Assembly (NCBI GenBank): GCA_003971905.1
Contig: RSEE01000013.1
Span: 248,001-312,000 of the forward strand
Source: Moniliella sp. 'wahieum'
Lineage: Eukaryota
DNA: 64,000 nt
Direction: 5' to 3'
The translations under genes were made by a program, and so were the position numbers. The notes beneath the pieces are model-generated. The model was not told the origin of the DNA. It did no database searches and saw only the letters and a program-made list of their open reading frames with translations. Positions 35,265 through 48,156 of the stretch are shown here, piece by piece. The first letter of the stretch is position 1; every line of letters starts with the position of its first letter.

Positions 35265-35968
35265 AAGCGAGTGGGGGCCAAGGTCGTCGTCGTCGTCGCG
35301 GTCGCCTCCCCAGCGCAATGGACACGCGAAAGGCCCTGGGCCACCTTGAGCCTCGGCGGGATACGTAAGCGACTCACCAGCCTGAAAATGAAATGTATTT
35401 ATTCTTGCAAGTGCTATACGTAACTGCGTTGCCAGTTCATCATGCCCGACTACTCCATTTGACCATTCAAGCTTGCAGCTTCAAGCTTCTTCCTCTCGCC
35501 CATGCTGGCCTGCTGCTGGCATTGCCAGCACGGGTATCCTGATGCAGAGATGCCCAGTTCCACTTGATATAGGGAAGAGGAAGCCACCCAGGTAGCTTTC
35601 ATTATCTCGTGCATAATCTGGGCAATCCAGCCTATCACAAAGAACAGTGGCACCCCTTTTCTGACTCTCTGCTGACCTTGTTTTCAATACACCCTTCGGA
35701 TAGCACAGGCGACACTGACTAGTTCCAGCTATTGCACTACTTACGCTCGTCCCACAAAATCACACACACACACGGATCAAAACGACCCACATGCCAGTAA
35801 AAGGGAAAGGACATGGAGCCGGGGGACAAGCCATCTCTGACAGGAGAAGGGACAGTCGTTTCCCAACGCGCACAAGGAGAGACGCCATTATCATGTTCAC
35901 CACAGCCCAAGTAGTATGCATGACACAAAGCACGCAGCCGCAGGGGCGCTGCCTCCTCAAAGCGTACC

Positions 35969-36777
35969 TTAAGCCTCAGGCTGGGCCTCTGGCGCCCCTC
36001 TGGCGCCGCCTCAGGCGGAACCTCCGCCTCAGCGGCAGGAGCAGGGGGCTGTGCCTGCTCGTGCTCCTGCATGTCCGACGTCCAAAGAGTGAGGTTGTCG
36101 CGCAGCAACTGCATGATCAGAGTCGAGTCCTTGTACGACTCCTCCGACAGCGTGTCGAGCTCAGCAATGGCATCGTCGAACGCTTGCTTGGCCAAGTGGC
36201 AGGCACGGTCGGGCGAGTTGAGAATCTCGTAGTAGAACACAGAGAAGTTGAGCGCCAATCCAAGACGGATGGGGTGGGTAGGCGGGAGGTCCTTGACAGC
36301 CACATCCGATGCGGCCTGGTACGCCTCCAGCGACTTGTCAGCGGCCTCCTTCCTCCGGTCACCAGAGGCGAACTCGGCAAGGTAACGGTAGTAGTCGCCC
36401 TTCATCTTGTGGTAGAAGACCTTGCTCTCGCCCGACTGCGCCGAAGGGATGAGGTGCTTGTCAAGGACAGCAAGGATGTCCTCGCAAATCTTGGCAAGCT
36501 CGCTCTCAATCTTCTCACGGTAGGTCTTGATCATGGCCACGTGGTGCTCATTGCCCTTGCTCTCCTCCTTCTGCTCAATCGACGAGGCGATGCGCCACGA
36601 TGCACGGCGAGCGCCAATGACGTTCTTGTAAGCGACAGAGAGCAGGTTGCGTTCCTCAATCGTCAGCTCCTGGTCGGTAGAGGCAACAGCCTTCATCTGC
36701 TCGACCATCTCCTCGTATCGCTCAGCCTGCTCGGCGAGCTTGGCGAGGTACACGGAGTCTTCACGGGACGTAGACAT
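35969..36777 (-). CDS. BMH1: 14-3-3 protein
   Basis: Near-invariant 14-3-3 sequence ([51 protein letters not shown]). The true stop is probably TAA at 35969-35971 after a missing G in the GAPEAQPEA tail. Confidence 0.98.
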
Positions 36778-36787
36778 GAGGTTTCAA

Positions 36788-36999
36788 CTGGGGCGCATGA
36801 ACGGAAGAGGTCAGCCAAAGAACCAACATACGACGCGTGGCGGAGCGGGCTCGCCCCTCCCCCACGCAAAGGAGATGGGTGGGGAGGGCGCAGCGCTGGT
36901 CCGTGCGCACGAGATGGATGCGGGCATTCGCGGCAACAGTAGGGCCAGGGATGCTGGCGGCAGCTACAACAGCAGACGGTAACAGGAGTGTATGCTTAC
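36788..36999 (-). other. Probable 5'-UTR intron of the 14-3-3 gene
   Basis: GTAAGC donor at 36999, GCTGAC branch at about 36815, CAG acceptor at 36788, 10 nt before the ATG. Confidence 0.6.
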
Positions 37000-37734
37000 A
37001 AAGACAAAGGGCGAAGGGGGTGAAGCTGGAAGCTGAAAGAGGTGGTGGTGTGGAGCTGGGAGCTCGACCGAGGCGGTGCGCAAGACGCGCCGGCGGGGCG
37101 GAGGGAGACGGTGGGAAGCCGGTGCACTGCCCTTGTGCGGCAGCAGATACAGCGCCCGGATGCCGGGCAAGGGGGCATCCCACTTGTGTACACTGGCGCC
37201 GTGCTGTGTTTCTATGTACTTCCGGCGGCGGCGCGCCAGTGTGCGAGTGGCAGCCATGAAGCTGTCGCCTCCGCCTGCGGGTGAGATTAGGTAAGCGGTG
37301 TGTTGGACGGGGAGGGGGAGGCGTAGAGTGGGGGTTACGTTACGTCAGCTCGCAGCGCGCCGCGATCGGTGAGCCTCAGGCCTCTTGAGGGGCCTCAGGC
37401 TGCGTCACGCGTCAGCGCGCCAGGCCAGCCCCTCTGGAGAAACTGGGCCAGCTGAGCGTCATGCTGACCTAAGCCGTCAAAGGCTATTTATGATGCCTGG
37501 TGACCGGTGAGCGATGAGCGATGATCAATGCGGTGATTGTGATTGGTACTGCATTTATATACTGCTCGGGGTGCCCTAGGGATACAGCACCTAAACATTG
37601 GGCTTTCGACCAAGCAGGATACATTCCCCTTTCCGCATCACATGTCCACCCTGGCCCGCTCTCCCCTGAAGGAAGGCCCTTTCCCCCCCGTTGCCTGCCG
37701 CCTCACAAGGCAGTATCCCCCCCGACAGTACTCA

Positions 37735-39886
37735 TCAGTTGTGCATCCCCTCCCATTCCAGCCCCATTGCGGCCAGTGCAACAGATGCCCAAGACCACCC
37801 GAGCAGGACAGTAGCACGCAACCCGCTACCCCCAATCTTCATCTTCATCCACGCCGCATAGCTGTCAGCCCGCAAATGGTACTGGACGGGCAGGCCACTG
37901 GCTGGGGCAAAGTAGATACTCTCTTGCCCTAGCAGTACGCAGCGCACTTGATCGGGGCTGCGAGCATAGACCCATGACACCAGGTACCCTTGGCCAGTCG
38001 GCGTGAGGCGCCACCCTTTGGGCTGCGTGCCCCAGCGGGAGAACAGGAACCCCCCTGGAATCAACGAGGGCCAGACCTCTGTTCCGTCAGAGCAAGCCAT
38101 TGCCTTGCTGGGGACGGGGATTTGGATCTGTTCCATCAACGCGATAAAGGGGTACTGACTCCCTGGTTCAAGTGCTCCTTGCTTATATTCAAACAGCGTA
38201 GTGTAGTTCTTGAACACCGCCAGCCCCCGACAGCCGTACATGAAAACCAAACTGTCCGTTGCGGGATCGAGGTAGGGCACCGAAATTTCTTGAGCCTCAG
38301 GGTCTTCCTATATATGCACAGAGCAAGTCAAAAGAAGGGTCAGCGTATCCAGCCTATCTCGGACGTTAAACACGTACGGTAAAGTGCGTGTCCCACGGCT
38401 GCGACGTTGTTACGGGATGGTTATTGCGATCTTTCTCAGTTGCAGTTCCGGGATAAGGCACTTTGGTGGGGAATTCAGAGAAGGTAATCTTCCTTTTGGG
38501 TGCCTGGATTCCAAGAGGTGTACCATCAGGCTGCAAAAGTCCGTATATGAAGCTCCAGACCAGGAATCCATTCCGTGTGTCGATTGCAATCAAGTCGGCG
38601 TGGCATTGATTCCGTTAGGAATGGTGCATCTTGCACGAGCCGAAAAGAAGATGTAGGTTCCATCGAAGCAAACGGAATCCATCACGTCCCAGTCGAGTAT
38701 GCCTGAAGCAATAGGGCGCAACAGAACTGTACTCCAGGGCCGAGTAAGGTTGGCACTCTTGACAACTTGACCCGAGTCAATGTCTCGGATCTGAACCCTC
38801 TCGACCTGGCCCTGGTCGTCGGTTTGTAATCTGAAAAGTAGGGATCAGTATAAACGGAAAATGGAGAATGATGGGTGTGAAAGGCGCACCTGGCGTAATA
38901 AGGGGGCGCAATCATTTCTTTTAGTCTCCCACATACATCTGGCAGTCGAAAGAGGTGGCCTCGTCGTGGTTCGTACCCCAGTTGCTCGGCAGTCATGGCC
39001 GATTCCGCTTTAAAAAGTACGTTGACAACGGGTGGTACATCCGGCACCACCGCCAACGCACGAGCCTGCTCCTCCATCGTTTCACCCATTCATCCAAAAA
39101 TGATACCGCTGATCCCGCGAGAGTGCACGCCTTTTATACTTGGTGAGAACCACGTACGGACCAGAGATGAAAGGAAAAAGCGCATCATCGTCGTCCGGGT
39201 TGACAGTGACTTGACTCAGTTCCTTGTATGTAAGGTTATCATGGACAAACAACCTGTTATTATGCTCACGTGCCAGGACGGTGCCATCGACAAAGGATCC
39301 CAAAATCAGCCTATCGTCGAGGAGGACGGGCACGGCGGGAAGTGTATAAGTGCTTGATCCTGCTTCCACAGCACGCGCTGCCGGCAAGGTTGCCGCCTCA
39401 CTTTCCTTGTCCCCTGAGAAGCTGAGGCAGGACTCCCAGTTATAGGCGGTACGGGAACCGAGAAGAGGGACAAGATGGGTGTTGAGAGGACTATCATTCG
39501 TCCACAGCTGGCCCGAGGAGATCTCGGCGCCAAACTGCTGAGCGACCAGGTAGTGGTATACGCACAGTTCTCGCCACGATTTGAGCAGCGGGACAGGAGG
39601 AACAAATAGGGAATCTTGAATCCCCTGACCCGGTTTGACGAGGGACCAACGAAGGGCAAGCGTATGCCAGACCATGTCCCATCTGAGGGCAGCCTGCCAC
39701 TCTATACACAAAGCGTCAGTTGGACAATGGCGCGGCACAAGTTAGCTTGCTATTGCCCTGCGAGAAGAGGGGAATTTTGCGTACTAGAAGACACGCGCTC
39801 GAAATGTGTCAATTCGTACGGGTTCAGCACCCCTGTCGAGGCAATGCTGGCAAGCACTTCGAGGGGAAAGCATGGAGACCAGTCAT
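37735..39886 (-). CDS. F-box protein with an uncharacterised beta-rich C-terminal region; introns 39784-39702 and about 38378-38310; frameshifted
   Basis: With one C restored and the intron removed, the N-terminus reads MTGLHAFPLEVLASIASTGVLNPYELTHFERVSSKWQAALRWDMVWHTL, matching the F-box pattern. Downstream ORF pieces 39082, 38682, 38366 and 37735 are collinear. Confidence 0.65.
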
Positions 39887-40496
39887 GGTCCAGGAGGTGG
39901 TGGTGGTGGTGGTTGAGTAGCTGGTGTGGGAGTTAAGGGGAGGGGTATGATGGCAATTGCGGTTGTGGCTTGCCTTTTAACATACAAGGCATACTTAGCA
40001 TGAAGTACACGGTATCGGTGGCGGTGGTGCGGCTGAATTGGGCTAGACCCCGGACAACCGTTGCCGTGGTTATGTTGTAGCACCCCTAGACAAGCTTCAA
40101 GCTTCAAGCACCTATGTACGCAGTACTCATGCAGCACCATGCGTTTGCTGGCCAAAGCAGCCCCCTTCTGTCCCTGCTCAGGTCTCACACGCCTCACAGG
40201 CCTCGCAGTTCCGCGGTTGTTCCGCCCGTCTTCCCTGCTCCACAGCCATGTGGCGCAGCCAAAGGCCTGGAGGCGACTGGCCGTCTCAGTCTGTAAGTGT
40301 TGTTGGGGCTTTTCGTCCACCACCACCACCACTAGTGCGTGAATGCATCACCCTCGAAGAGGACTATCCGGACTCTTGATGACCGTCCAACCTACGAATC
40401 AAGCTTTGCGTCTCTCTCTCTCTCCCTCCTTGCTATGCACACATGGTGAGGGGACCAGATTCCATACTTGGAATGAGCTCAAGGCCCCCTGTTTTT

Positions 40497-43100
40497 TTAC
40501 TCGCCTCCCCAGGATGTAGCCATAAGGGATCAGCCAGGATGGCCTCGACAGACAAGCCGGTGGGCTCGCTGGTAAGCTGGAGGAAGGCATCCAGCCAATA
40601 GGGAGGCAAGGACTCTGATGGAACGGGGTCAGGGGCCGGGGCCTGCCTTGGGATACCACCGAGGCCGGGAGTACTGCCATTGGTGTTTCGGGCAAGATGG
40701 CCGAGTGGGGGACGGCAGTGGTGGCTGTTCGTAAAATTGGTGGGGTGGTCGGCACAGGATTTGGAGGGGATGGGGCGGCTCTGGGTCCGAGGCGGATGCG
40801 TCCGAGGCTGGCGTGGCTGAGGCCATCGAGCTGGAGGAGGCTTTGCGTGCCTGATACATCTGACCTAGCATGTCGGACGAGTAATGCTCAATCCCGTCAA
40901 CTCGTACCCCCGCTCCCGTCGTTGTGCAGACGATTGCGCTTGATGGCCTGCACAAACAGACGCTCCAACTGTTCGCCCGACAAATTGAGCGCGGCTGTAC
41001 GCGGGTCGCGTTCGGTTCCAGCACCGTGATCCTTGGATCGCCCGCGCCGGAAAGTGAGGCTGTCCAGCAGATCAATCACAAAGGCCAACTCGCCATCAAC
41101 GCCCCAGCCGGCCCCGGCTTTGACTACCGAAGAGGGAGGACTTGCAGTGCGCCACAAGATATCAAAAATGAGGACCAGCCCACTGTTAAAGAGAGCATGG
41201 CGGGTGCTCCAGGAACGGATTAAGTCTGACTCGAGTTAGTTAACCGTTGCCTTTGGCTGAGAGGGAGGGGGAGGGGGGGAGGGCAGCAGGACGTACTAAT
41301 ACCATGTACCCAACAACGCTGCCAGCCATATGATAGCATACGCGAGCACTCGATTGCGCGCCATACAGAGTAGGTTTCTGGGTTGGGTTCGTCAGCCGAG
41401 AGAGGAAGCGCAGTTAGGTTGTCCAAAGGCTTTGGATGAAACATCTGATATGGAATACGGCTGGTGGGGTAGGACTTATCCGCCATCTTGCCATAGCCGA
41501 GCAGCATGAAGGGCATATGAAGTGATAGGAGCAGTGACATGATTCGGACGCGCAGCATGGCGGATTGGAACAAGATCTCGGGCAAGGCGGCGGCCAGGGC
41601 AATGTCGTACTCGGGCCGGTCGTACTTTCTCACCTCAATGCGGAGGTACGAAGGCCTGCGACTGGCCTCATTCTGAATCAACTGATCTTGCTGCAAAACC
41701 TGAGAATAGCCCACCGTCCGCCGGCGCGCGGCGTCGTGCACACCCAGGTCACCCTGCCGGCGGTTGAGGTCCGCCAAGGCAATGTAAAAAGGCCAGATGC
41801 ACATGCACCCCGTCATCATCTTCGGATCCGTATCGCCCAGGCTTCCATTCGAGGCTTTCAAGTCTTCGAGCGGGAGAAAATGGTCTACGGGCAAGTCCCA
41901 TTCGGTGGTGAAAGTGCCGGGGAAGAGAATGTAAGTGCCATAGGGTGCCGCATTCCAATCTTGAGCACACAACGCAAGCCAAATCGAGGCTGCTTCGAAT
42001 CGCTCCAACGTCTGAGGGCCCTGTGAAACTTTGCCTAGCCGATCCAAGCCCTGATTGCGGGCAGCGCGTATGCAGGCATCGAGGATGGCGGGATCGCCAG
42101 CGGGCCAACCACTGAAGGAGGAGCAGACGATGTTCGCCAAGCCAGCTTGGATGCGCAGCAGCGCAGTCTCAGAGGAGACAGCGAAGGCGCTGCGCTCGGG
42201 AGGGCCCTGCGCAGCATAGAAACACTCGGTGGCGGTGCGGGCAAGGCGTTTGGCCACGCCCGAGGGTTGCACCGTCTCGTCAATCAGTCCCCATAGGACA
42301 AGCCGGGTAGGAGGAAAGATCATAGACGGTGGCGCAGACGGCACAGAACCAGGAAAGAAAGGCGAGCCAGAAGGGCGGGTCGGCATAACACGCCGCGTAC
42401 GCCGTCACGATAGAGGGAGCGCACACGAACGAGCATGGTGGCGGGGTTGTACATGGGGATAGCAGGATAGACATCGGCAACATACATCTCCAGCACCTTT
42501 TCGGCCAACTCGCCGGTGGCGGGAAGCAACGTGAAGGCATGGGGGACGAGGTCTGCGGGGGATGTGCGCTGCGCTGCGGAGAGACAGGACGGGGGGCGAC
42601 GGGGGGATGTGCTAGCGACGGAGATGGTGAACTGGGTCTGGAGGCGGGCCGGAAGTAGACGGATGGGATGGAGCGGAGGGAGCGGCCGAAGACGAGGCGG
42701 CAGAGGCGTGTGGCCGGGTGCGGCGGAGGCGGACGGTGCCGGTGCGGACACATTGGGCAGCAGTCATATCGCGTGCACGGCAGGCGGAACATACTGCCGC
42801 TGCCGGTCGCACCTGGAGGACGACGACCAAGAGGGCGAGTCAGGTGCCAGGGCTCAGGCATTGGGCTGCTGGGGGCAAGGCAGAAGGGGCGAACACATAC
42901 TTGATCTTGCTGGCACGGCAGGCATCACACGACAGCTGCGGCCGTCTGCGGGGGGGGACGCCGCCCAGCAGCACCCGGGAATGCGCCTTCAGGATCCGCA
43001 CTGGGCTGCGCAGCGTCCTGGGCGGCGTGCATGGCAACGGGCGTGGCGGCGACCGGCTTTGAGAAGGGCCCAAACGGGAGGCGGTGCCCCCCATCGCCAT
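40497..43100 (-). CDS. Zn(II)2Cys6 fungal transcription factor with middle-homology region; intron 42900-42813; 3' end approximate
   Basis: RRRPQLSCDACRASKIK|CDR..VCSACRARDMTAAQC; AEKVLEMYVADVYP; CIRAARNQGLDR..IWLALCAQDW; LLSLHMPF. Confidence 0.85.
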
Positions 43101-43569
43101 GGGTCATCGATCTCATCGATCATCGATCATCGGCCATCGAATGATGCCCACCGGAAAAGGCCTGGCAGGTGCAGGTGGTTGCGCGTCAGTTAAACGTTCA
43201 GTTTCAGCTTCATTTGAAAGTTGATGTTTGAAGCTTATAAGCGCAAAGAGGGGCGCAGGGCGTGCGGAGGCGAGGCCAGGTCGCTTTTGAAACGTCGAGG
43301 ACCCGCCTTTTGTCGCTTTCGCTGCGTGTGCTGCGTAAGCATCACATCCCCAGCACGCGGCGGTAGATCTGGACTCTGAACGTCAGTTCCCCAAACCCTG
43401 CTCCACATCCCTGATGCCCTCCGCGCCGTCACCCACTGGCTCACGCGTGCCCTCTCACCCTCACCCCTCCGCTCCCTGGGTCTCCACGGACCGTCCGAGG
43501 CCCAGGGCAGAGGGAGCCCACTTATAAGCCCTCCTCCGTCCCCCCCGCACGCCCCCGCCGCCCCATCCC

Positions 43570-45893
43570 ATGTCCTCCACCCTCGCACAGCTCCACGCCG
43601 CCGCGGCCTCGCCCCCACCACAGCCTACTCCTCGCCCGCCACTTCCATCTACAGCAGCCCCTCGCTCAACTCGAGCACCAGCTCCCTCCGCTCGCTCGAA
43701 TCCACTGCCCCCGCGCGTCCCGCCCGTCGACCCGAGAGGAATTCGAGCGCACCTGCGAGCCATGCAAATCCCGCAAGCTCAAGTGCGACTCGGCGTACAA
43801 GTACGGAGACGAGAGTTGCAGCTCTTGCATCAAGCGCGGCCATCCCTGTGTCTTCCCGCCCCACAAGATCCGCATTCGCGCCGACGTTACCCCGCATGCT
43901 ACCGACGATTTTACGCTCTGGGGGATCGACCTTGCTGCCGGCTACCATGACGACTCAGACAAGACAGCCGAGGTGATCGAAACGATGATTGATCGCTTTT
44001 GCACGTCGGCCGGCATGGTTCTCCTTGCCATACCCCAGCGTGACATTTACGCTCGCTGGACGGTGTACAAGGACCATGCATTGCATGCTCGTTGGGATGA
44101 AATCCAATCTGACCCAGCCTCCCTTTCCGTCCCCCTCCTCCTGGCCATACTCACGTCTGCCGCGTCGTTGCCCGAGACGACGGATCCCAAAGTCCGCGAA
44201 TGGGGACTTAAAAACGGATGGTCGTTGGCCTACCAAGCCGTTCAGCGCGCTCTTTCTGTCGACGGCACGAATCCTCAACACATTGCTGCCGGGACCCCAC
44301 AACCCCGGCTCCTCTGTCCGGCTGGCCCATCCCTTGATTTGTTGCAGGCCAACTTGCTCGTCAACTGGTTCTGGTGCGCCCACAACCGTCCCATCCAGCA
44401 GCGCGTGCATGCCACGTCGCGTGCACGTATGGCACATTGGGAATCCCTCTTCCGTCTTACTGAAGATGCCAAAATGGGTATGATGCCGCACTTGCTCCAT
44501 CCTGCTTTGCCGGGTGCTGAGAAACACCTGGCGTCTGACATGCAATCGCATCAGGGCAGGGTCGTACTCTGGTTCCTATGGGCAATGGACAAGGTTGTGG
44601 CCCTGGTTACCCAGCGCCACCCTTTACTTTATTGGACGGAGAACGATCTCCACCCTTGTCTTTGGCAGACGTGCTCTGGGCTCGCCGAGGCATGGCAGGC
44701 ATCACCGCGGCCCATGATGCGACCGAGGAAGAACACGCATACTGGGGCGAACTGAACGGTCTGATTTTGCTGGGAAGGCACATCCTCCTCAACCAGCTGT
44801 TCAACAACCAGCTTCAAGTACGAGCTTGTCTTCTCTCCCTACCCGAAGCGGACCAGAGCGGGATAGGTTCAACTGCCGAGCAAACCCTGGTCGATAACCT
44901 CCTCCCTCGCCTGATTTGGATCAAGGAATGGGAACGACAACATAATGACCAGCGCAACAGCCCGGCAAGTTTGGCCAGCAAAGAGATCGGCTTAATCTCG
45001 GACATGATCCAATGCGCTCACTTTGAACCACTTGTGGTCATTCACCTTATGCGCGCACCTGACATGCTTTTGTCGGACGTAGCCTTGGTCAGCAGCACGG
45101 GGCAATTTGTGCCTCGCACCAGTTGGCTTTCCTCGGCGATCAACTTGCTTCGTTCCCAAGGTTCATGTGTTGAGCAGTTGCCTACTTTGCATGCTGACAT
45201 GGCAACCGCTTCTACCCCGCTCTTTTGGGGCGCCAGCATTGTGGCGGCGGGAGTGCTCAACCCATTCGTACCGCTTGCGAGGAACGGATGATCAACCTAG
45301 CCAGCTTTGTTGCTGCTCGCGAGGAGACGACGACGGCTGCGTTCCCCAACATTCCCACTCTGCCCCCTCCACCCAGTATCAACACAGCTACGACTGTACG
45401 TCTCTCTCTCGCCTCTTCTTTCCATTGAACCGCTAGACGAGATGCTGACTTTTTTGTGTGATGCATCAGCAGATGATGGACATGGACATTCGTGCCCTCC
45501 TTGACACTAAGTCACCCTCAACCGCTCGTCCCAAAATCGACCCCGTGCCGTCCGACCCAAGTTTGATGCCTCCCGAGATTTTCCCCTCCTCCCTGGCTGC
45601 CGGCTTACGTTCAGCCAACCCCGCCGACGCAATGGACCTCGCTTCCCCCTTCTCCTTCCGCAACTTTCTCAACCAAATTCCCGCCGCTGCAAGAGATGGG
45701 CGAAGGAGGCCGTGCGTCGCGGGACTTGATCTTTGGTCTGCCGCCGTTGTCGGACAATGGAGAGATGACCAACCTGTCTTCGGACTGCGCTCCCACTTGG
45801 TTCATGCCCCCATTTGGGGAGGTGATGTTTGGATCGGGCGCCAGCGCCCCCGTCCCCCTTGCCCCAACGACAACGGCAGAGGCTGCCTTGTAG
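43570..45893 (+). CDS. Zn(II)2Cys6 fungal transcription factor; frameshifted
   Basis: CEPCKSRKLKCDSAYKYGDESCSSCIKRGHPC at 43754-43849; LDLLQANLL, RVVLWFLWAMDK middle-homology region; CTTATAAG TATA-like box at about 43520. Confidence 0.88.
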
Positions 45894-46634
45894 CCCAGCT
45901 ATTATTACCGCGACCCGGTGGGCCAACCAATAAGCATTCTCCAAGGCTGCCTTGCTCGTGTGTTGTACATTATCCGCTCCCCTTTGGATTCTAACCGTCT
46001 GGACCTTATTATACCTGCTGCGCACTCCACATCCATTTTCCACTTCTGTACTCCAGTCAGTCCTGGACTGCCCAACTCGCGAATGGGCAGTTGGTCTAGC
46101 TGGCGCTGGCCTTCAATTCAACGTGTATATATCGGACAAGCAGCACATACCTATATAGACAACGTGACTGGTGCATGGCGGAAGGTGGTAACGAGGCAGC
46201 AGGTACTGGGGCCGAGTGCGAGTTTACGAGGTGACGTTTGCTGGTTCTCCTTCCAATTTGCATAGATGCCAGTATAAGGGCACGGTGTGAAAAGACCCCG
46301 GGGACAGTGTTGGTGTTCGCAGAGAGTGGTGTGAGCTTCGCTATACCTACCTCCGGGCTCGTGTTCAAACGAAAGGGGTGGGGGGGCCCACGATCAATTG
46401 AACTCCATCCAACAGAAAGGGAAATAGGAGGGAAAGCAATCGATTCATCCCGTGCGCAGAAGAGAAGACTAGCCATAATATAATTGGTCGTCTTGATCGA
46501 GAGCAACCGGACCCACCGCCGACCCCTCATCGTGACAGTTGAAACGAGCAGCAACACAACCGACCGAGCCATCCAGAGATCCACACAGGCTCCAGACGAG
46601 GCGGTAGAACGAGAGGGGACAAGGGAGTTACGAG

Positions 46635-47271
46635 TTACCAGTCTCCCCCGCCAAAGTCTCCGCCATTGTCCATGCCCTGGTCATAGCCCTGGTCGTACGC
46701 TTCTTGTTCCTTGTGATCAATCACGTCCTCCAGCAGCATGCCACCTAGAAGACCTCTCCCAGCCCCAGCGCCGCGCCGCCCCATCCGCCCAGACCGTGCT
46801 TCTTCTTGGCGGGCGCGGCTTGAATCACCTGGGGAGGCGGCTGCTGGTAGACAGGCTGCTGGTACATCTGCGGTGGCGGTCCATACTGCGCTGGACGCGG
46901 AGGGGGGCACCATAGCCACCACCAGCTTGGGGACCGTACCCGCCATTCGGTGGAGGACCACCGTATCCTCCATGCGACGGAGGACCACCGTACCCGCCAT
47001 TCGACGGAGGACCGCCGTACCCTCCGCCGCCTCCATAGTTGCCCGGGCCATAGCCGCGACTGGGGCCGTTGGCGCTATTGGGGCCCGAGGTGGCGGCCCG
47101 CTGGGCGGGGCAAAGTTTTGTTGCTGTGGATGCTCGTCGAGCGGGTGGACCCAGATGGAGAGCGGGGGGCTGGCTGGTGGTGTCGACATAGAACCAGCGG
47201 CCGTAGTTGGTGTCAAATTGTTTGGTCCACCCGGGGGGCAGGGGCCGCTTGTCCTCGTTGGTGGCAGACAT
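46635..47271 (-). CDS. WW-domain, Gly/Pro/Tyr-rich protein (Wwm1-like), paralogue A, intronless
   Basis: PLPPGWTKQFDTNYGRWFYVDT..SIWVHP; 27-nt x3 GGYGGPP repeat at 46934-47014; GLLGGMLLED..EAYDQGYDQG..DFGGGDW*. Confidence 0.88.
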
Positions 47272-48156
47272 GCGGAAAGGGCAGAGAAAGAGGGGACTAG
47301 GAGGCTGCGCTGGCGAGAGGGGGGGAGGACGCGGGTGGGGTGTGGACAGGCAGCTGGAAGCTTGGTGCAAAGGTGGAGGCCCATATCAAAATCACAGGAT
47401 GGCGCGCTACTCTGCGTCGATTGTTCTTGGCTGCCTGCCCGGGCAGGGGCGAGTGGCGAGGCTACGACGGATGGAGTGATCGTCGTCAGCTCCAGCAGGC
47501 GCACCACACCAGTGTGTCGCGCGTACTGGGCTGCTGCCTGGAGGCGCACGATGTACCCGTCAGGCCTCAGGGTACGCGCCCAGTCTGCTCTCTCCAACGG
47601 TCGTGGGGAGAGACAGCTGGGCAGACCTATCTCCTCATCGATCCAGAATCCATCATCCTCCCCCCGCATTCGCATCCACTGCACCACGCAGCCTAGAACC
47701 CACCTGGCCAACGCGACCGGCCTCTTGGCATCGAGCATTGCTTCTAGGATCTGAATACGGGAATGCGTACGTGGGGGACGGGCGGGATTCCATGTAGACA
47801 GACGCTCTGGGGCCCATGCGGCCTGTCGCCAACTGTCAAACGAGCACGACCAGATCGGAATCGGCAGGGCCATGCGTCCCGAATCAAACAAGGGGCACGA
47901 TGGGGGGAGAGGGGGGCACTAGGGGGCAAAAAGCCCCAGGAGGACATAGCACATGCACATACGACATAGGACATAAGCGACCCACCGAGGCAGGGGGCCC
48001 AACACGTTACTGGCGTCCGGGGGAGGCGCACGGTAGGGGAATCAGAGGGTAAACCACGTCTGGGCAACAGTAATATGGAGAGGGGAGAGGAAGGAGGGGA
48101 GGGGGGGGTGCAGGGGTGCAGGCCACACGGAAAAAACACAAGTGCGGCGGGAATGA

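Noticed and set aside
35737..35968. C-terminally extended (346-aa) 14-3-3 shown in the ORF track
   Set aside because: Restoring one G in a G-run gives a normal acidic tail and TAA at 35969.
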